Shown: in pieces, positions 12,666 through 25,907 of the stretch
Numbering within the stretch: the first letter of the stretch is position 1
Layout: each line of letters opens with the position of its first letter
Assembly (NCBI RefSeq): GCF_006345805.1
Contig: NC_043013.1
Location: 21,204,001 to 21,268,000 of the forward strand
Origin: Octopus sinensis
Taxonomy: Eukaryota
DNA: 64,000 bases
Direction of reading: 5' to 3'
Notes under the pieces: model-generated
Databases searched by the model: none
What the model saw: only the letters and a program-made list of their open reading frames with translations
Told to the model about the DNA's origin: nothing
Position numbers and translations under genes: made by a program

Positions 12666-14778
12666 ATATTAACTGTTTTGTTTCATTGCTTTAATTTTTA
12701 TCGAGTATATACCAATAGATTTATAGTCACCAATTCCTGTGCTGGCCAAAATGTTGTTTACATTTGTCACCACACGTAAAACCATCTCCCATCATGGAAA
12801 CTTTAAAAAAAAAACATTTATGACAACACCGGGCTAAAAACATGGTCGCAGCAACATCAAGAGCTTCACTAAGTCCAAAGATTGTTCTGGGATTCGAACC
12901 ATCAACAGTAAATGAAAAGTAATTCCCTGATGAACCCATATTCCCGCCTCTGCCACCATTTGAATCTACAAACATACAATAATACAGTACGCAGTTCCTC
13001 CTGTTACTCACCACTGCACGCCATGTTGCATTTCAGGCCACTTCACCTGCGCATGTCAAACAGTGTACTATGATCCTCATCCAGTTGGAAGGTTGACGTC
13101 TTTGGAATAGATGATGTGCGGGTCACCCCTAGTCGTTTGATCTCCAACCTGCAAGCATAGGACTGCTCTGTCGGATCCAATGAGGGGCTTTGCAACGACA
13201 GGAACAGAATCGCGTTTTTATTTTCTTCAGTGAACAGAATTTCATTTCATGGATTAGTGTTTCTGTTATTTTATTTTCTCGTTGAATTTTCCAGTTCCGT
13301 TGCAGCGATGATCATGACAACGACAATGATGTTTACGAGAAAGCGGAGAAGGAGACGACGACGGCGATGATGAGGAGAAGGCGAAGAAAGAGAAGTATAT
13401 TAACAAAGGACAAGTAACGTACCGCTGTCACCAGCATTGCTGTCGTTATATCTAGTGTATTACTTCTATTCTAACAACCAATAATGTTAGTGTTGCGTTA
13501 GTTGTTGACCTTATTCTTCACTAGACCTTAATTTAAGTGAATCCGACTTCCGATAAAGTCAGTTTTCAATTTGTTCGAGAAAGTGTCACATAATTGCTAT
13601 CTTTCAATTCATTTCGGAAGAAGACAATTAAGCATCTAATTGGTGAATAAAACAGGCTTCCAGGTATCATAAGCAATGTATCTTATCATTAAAGCAATCA
13701 ACAAGAGGATACTTACTGAAATTGTATATAAAGAGCTGACAGACTTGATTACCTAATAAAAATTCTAGTCATTATAATGGCTCAGAGAAATGAGTAGACA
13801 TTCAATGGAGCTACTTCAGAATGGGGGGAAAAATCAAATTAAAAATATTATTAACTATAGCCGTCTTCTTATGAGGAATAACAAGAGCCATAAATTTTAT
13901 ATCTGGAACATCGATTGGTTGTAATCATGTACTGACAGACATCAATATAATTTCTTTGGAATATATTCTACTAACTGGATTAGCATCGAAAACTTTGATT
14001 TGATAAGCAATTTCGAAGCATTTTCCGTTGTATTTTGTAATTCATGGAGTAAGGCAGGTTCTATTGTCATGAACGTTCTTCATGGCATATATGTGCTTGG
14101 AACTCCTTAAGAGTATCGACGATGCAGTGAATAGAGACTCGGAGTTTCATATAAACTTGGACGGCTTATAACGTATTATCAGAAGTGTATCCGGTTTGTA
14201 ACTTTCGCTGATACATATAGGTACCATGAATTTATCTCGTAGGAGATATTACAAAGCAGCTGTAGGCTATTCTACGGTGAAAATCTTCAAGATAATCCAC
14301 AGGTTTGGGTTTTTGTGTATGTTTATCCTTTATACTTAGTCATGTATGCAGACATACATTCACACAAACACACATTTGTATACAGCGTTCAATAACGTTA
14401 TAATAATGGTGACATTTCATTACAAATGTCTTCTCTGACATTCTTCTCGACCTTTTCAATGTTTTGATACAGGCATTTCTATTTAACTTTAGGTGAATGA
14501 AGTTATTTAGCTACAGGTCAGCATTGAACAAGCAGATCTAGATTGAAAGGCATTGCCTATCTCAGAATATATTATCCAGTACGACTCGAATTTTTTTACG
14601 TTAGTAGGCAGTAAGTTAAGTAAGATTTAGCTGCTATTTTTAACTGATCAAGCTTTGTTACCTGATTAATGTATATGCTGAGTGATTTGATTACCAGGAG
14701 GAAATTTTGTCGTCATTTGATCATACCTCTCCCTGTGCAGGAGCTGAAGATTATATCTGTGTGCGCGCGTAGAGCCGG

Positions 14779-15125
14779 CCTAGGAGTGGCTGTGAGGTAA
14801 GAAGCTTGGCTCCTCACCACATGGATGGTTCCGAGTTCATTCCCACTGCGTGGAACCTTGGGCAAGTGTCTTCTACGCTAGCATCAAGCCGACCAAACCC
14901 TTATTATTGGATTTGGTAGACAGAAACTGGAAGAAGCCAGTCGTATGTATGTGTCTGTGTCTTTCTCCCTCTCTCTCCCTCCCTCTCTCTCTCTCTCTCT
15001 CTCTCACTGTCTGTCCCCTACCACCCCTTGATAACCCGGCTTGGTCTGTTTGCGTCTTCGTAACTTAGCGGTTCAACAAAATACACCGATAAAATAAGTA
15101 TCAGGCTAAAAATAACTGGGACCCA
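14779..15125 (+). mobile_element. Family A SINE, diverged
   Basis: AGGAGTGGCTGTGAGGTAAGAAGCTT...CCTTGGGCAAGTGTCTTC...TAACTTAGCGGTTC. Confidence 0.85.
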
Positions 15126-15147
15126 GGTGAGGAACCTTTTTAGTACT

Positions 15148-15415
15148 AGGTAAAAGATAAGGTAAAGTTACCTTCCTGAGTCATGCTGACTCATAAAGGC
15201 CGGATTCCCAGATTCCATGGCGTGTAAATTCCCTCCATCAACGGGACGCCGGTCCGTTACAGGATTACTAATTTTTGCCTCTTCAGTGAACTGGTGCAAC
15301 GCGAAATGAAGCGTATTTTTTTTCTCCTGGACCGTGTCGCCAGGTCCAGTAATCGAATCAACAATCTTACGATCATGAGTCCAACGACCTAACCACCAAG
15401 CCACGCACCTCCACA
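15148..15415 (-). mobile_element. tRNA-derived SINE, family D, with probable TSD
   Basis: Minus-strand head GTGGAGGTGCGTGGCTTGGTGGTTAGG...GATTCGATT; TTTTTAGTACT repeated at 15137-15147 and 15416-15426. Confidence 0.75.
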
Positions 15416-15882
15416 TTTTTAGTACTCAGGTAAATCAAAACTGCATATGTAGGGGGCCTGTCTGTGTTGATAAAAAATAAAGCATCGTTGTTAACTTTAC
15501 TAATACATACATATGAATGCCGCATATATTAAAGTACAACATTTGATCTTCAGGTTTAATCGGTTTTAAAATAGAGCTTCTTGTAAAGTTTGTTAGCAAA
15601 GGGTTTCAATTTTGAATGCGAGGAAATTTCAATCTGTGTAAGTTGCGAATGTAACAAAGCCTGGTCTGCTACTCAAAATCGTCCATCAGGTTTATTTTCA
15701 AACACATGGAGCACACAAAAACGTCATCTGTGCAAGTCCAGAGCCAACTCTTTATCTTCATTCCCAGTAAACCACCAGTTCCTGACCCGTGGCAGATCCA
15801 CCCGAGTACACATCTGGATGTAGCACAACCTATCTTCTTCTCCAGTGTGATGTCAGGGTCATCGTCGACAACGACGGACGAA

Positions 15883-15923
<41 letters not shown>

Positions 15924-15924
<1 letters not shown>

Positions 15925-16305
15925 TTTTTTTTTCTTCTTTCAAATTTGCTTCTATTTCTTGCCGAGTGTCTTCCCGACTCCTAGGGCAAAGAAACTCATA
16001 GTATACATTGGTAGGCCATTAAACCAAACTCAATAGTTCGTTCATTTTTTTTTTTTCTTTAAGTTAAATTAAAATACATGAGCAGCAACAGTTCTCACAT
16101 CGACAATGCTCTTCTCAATACGTGTGATGTACCAGTTAAGACAATCTTTTGCACTTCTTGCAGGGATGGTAAGCCAGGGATCATTCTCATACAATTTTCG
16201 GTTCCCTTCTTGATCATTCCTAGTGCTCCTACGATCACTGGTATTGTAACCGCCTTGAGATGCCACATTTTCTCAATTTCAATGAGTAGGTCTTTATATT
16301 TTCTG
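15924..16305 (-). mobile_element. R4/Dong-like RLE non-LTR retrotransposon 3' fragment in (TAA)n
   Basis: KYKDLLIEIEKMWHLKAVTIPVIVGALG...VQKIVLTGTSHVLRRALSM followed by a 3'UTR; bounded by (TAT)n at both ends. Confidence 0.85.
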
Positions 16306-16336
16306 ATTATTATTACTATTATTATTATTATTATTA

Positions 16337-16388
<52 letters not shown>

Positions 16389-16945
16389 TTTAATTTCTAT
16401 GTTTGTTACAATCACTTGCCAAGACACACCCAGCGTCCTAGGGCGAGTGAAGGATAAGAGAGGCTGCAGTATGACTGAAAGCTTGAGGATGGGTAGTGGC
16501 AGGGGCAGTAGCGAAATATTTTCATTTAATACAACACAGGCATTTAAATTGACAGGGATTTTCTAATGATTTGGGTAGTACTTGTCAGCACAATCTTTTG
16601 GATTTCTGTTAGACATGGTTCTTTCTCCTGGGATGTTATGTGGATGTGTCTGAATCCCTACAATAACAGCATTAGTTCTTGCTTTAAGATGTCACATCTT
16701 TTGTATTGCTATTTCCAAGTCCTTATGTTTATTTGATTTGTTAAATTCCTTTACAGATATATTTTTATCAGTGGGAACACTTATATCTATCAGTCTACAA
16801 TATTCTCTTCCCGGCCTTTAATAATTATGTCGGGTCAATTATCCTCTATCGTTTTGTTGGTGTTGAATGGAAAATCCAAGAGGGTAGTGAAATTTTTACC
16901 TTCAACGACTGGCTCAAAATGATGTTCATACTAGTAAGCATGAGT
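16389..16945 (-). mobile_element. R4/Dong-like RLE 3' fragment (second family)
   Basis: Minus strand CRLIDISVPTDKNISVKEFNKSNKHKDLEIAIQKM; bounded by (TAT)n. Confidence 0.8.
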
Positions 16946-16967
16946 GCCGATTTTGTAATGTTTATTA

Positions 16968-17014
<47 letters not shown>

Positions 17015-17015
<1 letters not shown>

Positions 17016-17420
17016 GAAAGACGGGTAAAATGCTTAACGGTATTTGGTCCGTCCTTATGTTCCAGGCTCGAATTCCGCCAAGATCGACTTTACCTTTCAT
17101 CCTTTCGGGGTCGATGAAACAAGTACCAATGGAGCACTGGGGTCGATATAATCGACTATCCCCCTTCCTACAAATTTCACTCCTTGTACCTATAGTAGAA
17201 AGGATTATTATTCTCATTAAAGCAGAATCGTTAGCATATCAGGCGAAAAGCTTAGCGGCACTTCGTACGTTTTCACGTTCTGAATTCAAATTCCCACAAG
17301 GTAGACTTTGCCTTTCATCTTTTCCGGGTCGATAAAATAAGTGCCAGCTGAGTCCCCGGGTCGATGTAACAGACTTGACCCCCCACCAAAAAAACATTCC
17401 AAACTTTGTGCTTATAGAAG
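17015..17420 (+). mobile_element. Two tandem family B SINEs within the (TAT)n array
   Basis: Core GACTTTACCTTTCATCCTTTCGGGGTCGAT near 17085 and a variant near 17305. Confidence 0.8.
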
Positions 17421-17421
17421 A

Positions 17422-17500
<79 letters not shown>

Positions 17501-17503
<3 letters not shown>

Positions 17504-18020
17504 TAGTTTTATTTTTATAACGTGCTTTCACTTCACTACCGAGCGCAGCTCTGTGTGCCTTGGGTATGTGCTGTGATTTGTTGTGGTGCTCTGATGGTTA
17601 CTGTATTGAAAGTGTTTTGCGTAAGATGTGTGCAGTGCCCAGTAGTGCAATTTTCTGTATGTTATATGTGTTTGTAAGTCCTGGTGTTTTTGTTATGAAT
17701 TTGTCTGAATATTTTTTTATCATACCTAATGCGCCTACTAGGATAGGAAGTGTTTCTGTTTTTAGATTCCACATTGGAGTTACCTCTATTTCCAGGTCCT
17801 TGTATTTTGAAAGTTTCTCCATTTCTTTTAGAGTCACGTTGTCATCTGCTTGTATTGATACATCAACTAGAAAGCATTTTTTTCTTCATGATCTCTGACA
17901 ACTATATCTGGCCTGTTGGCCTTAATTTCTCTATCTGACACAGATAGGGAAATTAAGGCCAACAGGCCAGATATAGTTGGCGTATCCCAGAGTATGGTTG
18001 CTTTCTCGTTTTCTGTGACC
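17501..18020 (-). mobile_element. R4/Dong-like RLE 3' fragment (third copy)
   Basis: ATILWD...REIKANRPDIVV...KEMEKLSKYKDLEIEVTPMWNLKTETLPILVGALG; PD-(D/E)xK nuclease signature. Confidence 0.9.
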
Positions 18021-18032
18021 TTATTGTTATTA

Positions 18033-18115
<83 letters not shown>

Positions 18116-18476
18116 GAGTCGCTCTACAGCAGCTGCTTCAGAAAATCTGGTTAGACAAATATATAATACATATTGTGAACACACGAGATATATCTTAGTT
18201 TTGAGACATTTTATTGTGATGTTGACATTTAGTATATTCTAGCACTTCATACATATTTAACACTGATATTTCACTGAAATTATCTTCATAAATCTTAATG
18301 TAATTATCTATTATCGAGAAACAAATTTCATTTTGTAATATAATTACATCATATTATAATTTATGGGGTTTCTTTTAGGCCGAAGATGAAACCTCAGAAA
18401 AATACGTGTGTTTGTGCATATGTGAGTATGTATGTTTACAGTATAAATATATGGATATACATGCCGAATTGAGTAA

Positions 18477-18534
<58 letters not shown>

Positions 18535-18824
18535 GAGAGAGAATATGTGAAAGAGACAGACAGACAGACAGACAAGCATTCATACATACATATATTCATA
18601 CATATATACAGAGAGGAGAAAGAAAGAGGCAACGGGGTGACAGATGCTATGTACTTTCCAAAATGAAATTTATTCCAATTGTCCTAAAGTCAGTATTTCA
18701 TTGAATGTAGAATAATTCGAAATCGGTGGCACTATTTCGAATTATCTCCATTACTCTTCAGAGAAACAACCTAGTGATAGATAGATAAACAAAAGCACAT
18801 ATATACAGTTGAGTGGGGTGTATA

Positions 18825-18902
<78 letters not shown>

Positions 18903-18924
18903 ACATATGTGCGTGTATATATAT

Positions 18925-18973
<49 letters not shown>

Positions 18974-19199
18974 TTACATGTGAGTGTGTATGTGTGTGTG
19001 TATGTGTGTGTGTGTGTGTCCGTGTGTGTTTTTGTAGGTGTGGAGGTTGTATCATATCGTTAATTAAAACACTCGTATTTCATTTTTATCCGTGCTGATT
19101 TCCATTTTTTCACATTTTCCGGGAAAGAAGGCACGGTGTTATCGTCAGTCCGACGGAGATATGGTTTGGATGCTAGCTATAGTCGAGCGGGTATAGGTT

Positions 19200-19740
19200 T
19201 TACATTGGATGGCAGATGTCTTCGCAGACTCTAACAATACAAATGAGTTTACTGAGAAGCCGGTGTTGGATTTTGTTGCGGTTGAGTAATCTACATTGGA
19301 GACCCTTAGGGATATGAGGCTAAATATTTCTAGTGGCGTCGCCAGTTTACCTTAGGTGTTGTTCGTCTTCAGGGAAACGAGTGTCTTCGTAGTATTGAAG
19401 GAAATATTGGCTCCAATTGGAGGATGTTTTTGTAGTCTCTGTTCATACCAATGGTGCCTTCTTGAATTGTCCGGTGTAGGATCAGAAGATTAGAAAGGGA
19501 TGAAGAGTTGTATTATCTGAGTAGAATTATTCTTTGTTGGGGGTGACGTCGAGTAGAGCATTAATGTGTATGAAAAAGAGTGTGTCGAACAAAAGTGAAC
19601 ACTGCAGCAGAACAAATTGTGAGTCAGAAGCATTTTCATCAGTACCGCTGTAACGGTACGAACTGATAGGGACCTATCAATCGATGAGACGAGATATACA
19701 TTCGTCTGCTTTATACGGATGAAGGAGATGACGGTTTCAG
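19200..19740 (-). mobile_element. Decayed LINE RT fragment
   Basis: Minus-strand remnant of GVPQGSVLSPTLFLIHINDLL near 19550-19615. Confidence 0.55.
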
Positions 19741-19799
19741 TGCAACAGTTTTCATCATATTACTTGTGGTTAAAGGCCCACTGAGAGTGACATAGAAGA

Positions 19800-20080
19800 A
19801 TAAGGATCAAATAGATGTAGAACAGCTGAAATTCCAAAGGCACATATTGTCGAGAATGAAGTCCAACAAAGCTATCATATTTTGAACACAAAATCTCACG
19901 AGCCACTGCCCAAGGCTATCCTGAAACACAATGTGGAAGGAAAGAGAACAAAAGGGCGTCGGGGGCTTTTGTGGGCTGACGACATCAAAGAATGGACGGG
20001 AAACAAGAGCTTGGATGATTGTACACAGCACACAACACACAGGCCACAACACAGAAGTAGAAGGGTTATGTGGTGATGAC
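19800..20080 (+). mobile_element. RTE-like LINE 3' fragment
   Basis: LPKAILKHNVEGKRTKGRRGLLWADDIKEWTG, typical of the RTE ORF C-terminus. Confidence 0.75.
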
Positions 20081-20451
20081 ATTGGGAGTTGAAATCATGG
20101 TATTGATGGTAATAGAATTGCTTGTTATGGTAATGACGGTGGCGTTAGTGGCAATGAGGGTAACAATGATGGTATTCGTGCTGATTATGCTTTTGGTGAC
20201 GATTTAGTAACTCAGTACTGTCTAAACTAATATCAAAGTCACTATTAGTGACTTTGGTATTGGTTGTAATAGTATTGAGCTTTTGGTTAGTGGCAATGAC
20301 GGTAGTTATAATGGTGTTAGTGGGAGTAATGTTAGTGGAAAGTGCTGTGAGATTTCTCTATCATTCGCTTTGCCTTTAAACAGTTACAAGTAGTTAAATG
20401 TAGAAAGATTAGTAATAATGGAAATTCAGAGAGGTGAATCGCTGGAGAGAT

Positions 20452-20456
20452 AGTAA

Positions 20457-20525
<69 letters not shown>
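20452..20525. repeat. (TAG)n microsatellite
   Basis: Directly visible. Confidence 0.95.
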
Positions 20526-20526
<1 letters not shown>

Positions 20527-20887
20527 CTGGTATGTGGAGTGAGTGTTGGGTAGAACAAACATGTCTGATTGGAGAAGAGAGGTCAGAGAGTGACTGGAGT
20601 CCGTAACCTATCGTAATTGTGTCAGAAAATGCAGCGCAGAAAGACAACACATATTAAAGTCATCAATTGTCGATCGATGAGAATAAGAACGTATGTTTTA
20701 GCGAAATCAGGTTCAATCAAATGCATTTTTTTCTTTTCTAGATGCGATATATGATAACTGTGCGTGATTTTTTAAATAAATATTTTAATAAGTATTTGCT
20801 ATAATTGGTTTGAACTTGAATATTGATGTTTTCCTAACTTGCGCTTTGTATGCAAATGAGCATCTACATTGTTCTTGTAGGCAACCT

Positions 20888-21118
20888 CTTTCTTTACTGC
20901 CCACAAGGGGCGAAACACATAGGAGACAAACAAGGACGGACAAACGGATTAAGTCGATTACATCGACCCCAGTGCGTAACTGGTACTTAATTTATCGACC
21001 CCGTAAGGATGAAAGGCAAAGCCGACCTCAGCGGAATTTGAACTCAGAACGTAACGGCAAGCGAAATACCGCTAAGCATTTCGCCCGGCGTGCTAACCAT
21101 TTTGCAAGCTCGCCGCCC
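20888..21118 (-). mobile_element. Family B SINE, full length, with 19-bp TSD
   Basis: TTGTTCTTGTAGGCAACCT at 20869-20887 and 21122-21140. Confidence 0.92.
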
Positions 21119-22539
21119 TTTTTGTTCTTGTAGGCAACCTTCATGCAAGTGGTTTCTTGACATCAATTCATATCTGGATGATCGCGGATGGAACTTCTTT
21201 AATTATAGGTCAGCAGGATTTTAGTAGTCTGTTCGTATCCCAAGGGCTACACTGTTCAACAACCCTCTATTTAATACGGTAGGATATAACGCCTGAAGTT
21301 GAGGCTGGCTGCATTTTCTAACAAATTTCTGCTTTAATATTTGTTGTTTAATTAAACACAACAAAATGTAAACAAACAGCAACACTATTCTTCCTTATCT
21401 GCGGTATCGGTTATTCAGGCGCATTGACCAATCTTAAATATAGATTATCTTAAATATTAACTCTAATATCGATCGACATTTGATGACTTTTGCTAGAAAT
21501 ATTCTCACATTCGTGACCAACATTATAAACATGACATCATATTTCAAATAAACGTCACATTCCGTGTCTTATCAATCTTGTCTTCTGCTTCACATCGTTT
21601 CGTTTTTTAAAAAAATATCTAAGACAGCAACTGAAAAAGTAATAAAATTATCGTTTCTAAGTCACAATGCTTGGAGATTTAAAAACATTTACCGTTGAGG
21701 AATCTTAAATTGGGGCTTAAACGAGTATTTTGCCTTTGGTTTAACATAATCCGTTTCTAATGGCATGGCTGTCTGTCAATCAATGTGCCTTTACGTGTCC
21801 CGTTGCAACGTAGCTAAAGTTATTGTCAATAATGTTAAGTTACTGCAGTCCATTCGTCTGGAAATAAATAATTTGGGATCACAAAACAATGAATCAGGAA
21901 TAACTACTAGTGCTACCGCTGTCTAAGGATGTAAATTCTCCCTTCCTTTCGTACATATTTACAGACTGTTTTATATGTGAGCTTAGTGGGTTGGTTAGAG
22001 ATACAATTCCATGGACACACTAAAACTCCGTGATTAGATTCCTCAATCGCTGTCAAATTTCTTTAGATTTCTAATTTTTGCTACTTTCGACGAAGTGAGA
22101 TTTTTAACTCACAGTTAATGAGGTAGATACCCACACACAGTGTAATGAATACTCACTGAACCGAAGTCAGTATTTCAAGCAATTTTTTTTTAAATCTGCT
22201 TTCAATGGACTGCTTCGCTGTAAGGCTAAGTAGTTATAATGATTTCAGTGACTTGGACAATTATTGCACCACTTTGTTCAATCAATTCGAATGCTTATGC
22301 CATTTCTAAGTCCCTGAGAATCGCAACTTCTGTGTTGTAGGGCCTGCAGTGCTTGTAAAGAATTTTAGCAGAGCAATATAAATCTATCGATAGGAAGTAT
22401 AAATTACTATTATTTCCTATGTACCATATTGTGATGTACTTTATCTCTCCATAATCTACAAAATAAATACTTGCCATATAATGGGACCGATTTAAACTAA
22501 TTGTAAAGCTTTATCTAAATCAGCCTGAATACCAGATTT

Positions 22540-22631
22540 CATCATCATCAACATTATTATTATTATTATTATTATCACCATCATCATCATTGTTATCATT
22601 ATTATTATTATCATCATCATCATCATTGTTA

Positions 22632-22714
<83 letters not shown>
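22540..22714. repeat. (ATC)n/(ATT)n microsatellite
   Basis: Directly visible. Confidence 0.95.
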
Positions 22715-22715
<1 letters not shown>

Positions 22716-23089
22716 GAGAGAGCAGTGCATGCCATCAAAGTGACACTGGGGTAAAATATACGAAGCCCAGTATACCCCTCATGACAACCCATCTGATAAG
22801 GGTACACTAGGCACGTGCATCACAACCATATGTGCGCGACATGGTGATCTCATATCAAGATAAACAGCACATGACCTTGCAGGTGTTAAGAATTTTCTTC
22901 TGGTCGAGTAACTCATCCCGCTCGACAGGTCCCTGAATAGGGGTTGTTTAAGGATGTTGAACGAAACACCCATGTTTCCAGAGGCGAATTATTCATGGAC
23001 CTTTTGAGCGGGCTGGGCTACTCGACCTGAAGAATATTCTAACTTTGAAGGGATGAAATTAGTCACTATCATCGGCACCAGTAAAAGTA

Positions 23090-23700
23090 AAATATTGAAA
23101 ACAGGCCTTAACACCAAATGTAGAATTTGCAACCATGACAATGAGACAATTGACCACATCATCTCTGGCTGTCCAGTCCTTGTCAAATCTGAATACAATA
23201 TATTTTCGGATACGACCGAGTGAGTAGTCATACCCAATGGTCAATATGCCAACACTACAGCATAAAAATACTGACAATAGATAGTATAAACATGCCAAAC
23301 GAGGTACAGAACAACGAACAGGCCACGGCCATCAGGGATATGCTTGTTCAAACCGACTGAGAAATGAAAGATAATCGCCCAGTCATAATAATCAAAGATG
23401 AGGTAGGGTGGGGGAAAAACCTGACAGACATTGCAGTCCCTCCTGGCCAAAATCTTGTTCAAAAAGAAGTGGAAAAATTGTCGAAGTACAAAGTCCTCAA
23501 AATTGACGTATTCAGGATTTGGGACATGAAGGTGAAAAAAGGCTAGTAATAATTGGAGCAATGGGTATCACAAAAGCAACATATAAACAGAAACGTAGAA
23601 GCTATGCCTGGGTCCTCAACACTACACACTATCCAAAAAAAAAAACCTGCTAGGAACATCCCATCTATAAATTCAACCTTCCCATCCCACATTTCCTATA
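23090..23700 (+). mobile_element. R4/Dong-like retrotransposon fragment: CCHC zinc finger plus RLE
   Basis: KCRICNHDNETIDHIISGCPVL (CCHC), then DNRPVIIIKD...DIAVP...KEVEKLSKYK. Confidence 0.85.
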
Positions 23701-23869
23701 ACAATGTATATACATCCCCACGTGTTGTCTACTTTCTTCTGACACGTTATTTTCACTATGAACGATCCCGTGTAGCAAAAAAAAAAAGAAATTGGTTATC
23801 AAATTGTACTGTGCTCGTCTAAGTGACATTAAAATATGCTCCGCTAATTTTAATTATTCTCTATATCTG

Positions 23870-24235
23870 TTATCTTTTACTTGTTTCAGTTATTTGACTG
23901 TGGCCATGTTGGGGTACCACCTTGAAAGGTCTTAGTCGAACTAATCGATCCCAGGACTGTTTTTAAGCTTAGTAATTATTCTATCGGTCCATTTTACCGA
24001 ACCGCTAAATTTCGGAGACGTAAAGACACCAGCACTGCTTGTCAAGCGGTAGAGGGACAAAAACAGACAGAAAGACATACATAAATATATACATGCGACG
24101 GACTTCTTTTAGTTTCTGTCTACTAAATTGACCCACAAGGCTTTGGTCGGCCCAAGGTGCCACACAGTGAGACTGAAACCGGAACCATGTAATTGAGAAG
24201 CAAGGTTTCTTACCACACGACCACAGCTACGCCTT
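23870..24235 (-). mobile_element. Family A SINE, diverged
   Basis: Homologous to 7718-8145. Confidence 0.85.
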
Positions 24236-25653
24236 GAATAAATAAATTTTTGGAATTGTTTTTATGAATATTTTGTTTCCTTGTTTTTTTATATTAATTT
24301 ATTTACCCTGGAATGATATGTAGTGGGTGGAGTAAAACAGAATCAGTGACGTTCGTAGAATTTCCGATTTTCGCATTGAAAATTATCGCAACTTCAGTTT
24401 GCTTTAATCCTAACACGTCCTCTACGGCGCTCACAGCAAATGTTTATATGACTGCTTCTATGTTTATTAACGAATTCTTTACCATTTTCTTGTAGATTGA
24501 AACTGTGCTATAATAGCTTAATGGTGAGAGAAGTTACTAACGCAAAAGGTGTTAGAATTCGTACAATGTATCCAAAACTATAATATATTCCTACTCTATA
24601 ACATAAATTCTCAGAAATTCAAGCCGAAGGAATTCAAACTACTCTATATTCGATTTCAATATAATCAAGTTCCATGAATGTTCTTTCAATTAGTTTACCT
24701 ATTCCATTTCAGTAGAATCGTAAGAAAATCTTGTTAATAGAATCCCGAAGTGAATTCTTGGAAAGATATGGAACATCTCCAAATGAATTCTATAGCCTGA
24801 AACTGTTAACTGAATCACAAGACTAATACGAGAACGTCAACCGAAAGATACATATATATAAGTTCTACACCTGTTGTTAACATTCAGGTGCCAATTCCTA
24901 ATTCTGTATTATATTTACACAATTGACCGATTATGTTAATCTACATTCGATTCTGATGTAATTTACACATGTAAACGTGGAATAGAACCGCTATACTTTC
25001 AACTAAACACGCAAACGTGCGCACATGCACTGACGAACACACACACACACATACGTGCTGACGATAGACTTGTTGCTAAACAACAACCGCCGAAACCCTT
25101 TAGGTGAGCCAGTGAAACAACATGTACAACATACTGCTTTAAAATGGAAAGAGGCATTGCTTAATAGATTCCTAAATTCAACCTGAAAGGTAAGAAGGCC
25201 ACGACTAGGAAGCCTTTTATCACCACTCTGGTTGATCCGGCACTAACAGCAACTATTTACTCTATTGAACTATCACTTCGCTTTGAAATGACTTCATTTA
25301 GATCCATTGACTGGGGACAAATTGTGAAACCGGTCATAATGGCGTGGTCCTTGAGATTATAAAATCCTACACACGGAATGGGTCAAAAGGGGATACAAAA
25401 TAGAGAGTTACAACAAACAGCACTTGGAGGTGAAAGACTGGAGGGTGAGAGAACATCTTGAAGTAAAATAATGAAGGCGAGTGGGGGGAACTGAACTTTA
25501 CATGGGGTCAAACCGAGGCAATAAACACAGGTCTGAATGGCATCGAATCTTCGAAACGTTATTTCTTACTTAAGAATGAAAATTATATTATTCCAGGTTC
25601 ATGCCATTCATAAACAATTTTAATTTAAATATTCATTTCTTTTTTTACTAACA

Positions 25654-25907
25654 TCTCTCTCTCTTTCTCTCTTTCTCTCTCTCTTTCTCTCTCTCTCTCA
25701 CTCTTTCTCTCTCTCTCTTTCTCTCTCTCCCTTTCTTTCTCTCTTTCTCTCTCTCTCTTTCTCTCTCTCTCTCACTTTTTCTCTCCCTCTCTCACTCTTT
25801 CTCTATCTCTCTCCCTTTCTTTCTCTCTTTCTCTCTCTCTTTCTCTCTTTCTCTCTCTCCCCCCTTTCTTTCTCTCTTTCTCTCTCTCTCCCTCTCTCCC
25901 TCTCTCT
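25654..25907. repeat. (CT/CTTT)n polypyrimidine tract, about 250 bp
   Basis: Directly visible. Confidence 0.95.

Noticed and set aside
24300-24500. Possible minus-strand exon ending at a G|GTAAAT donor
   Set aside because: In-frame stop and no recognisable homology
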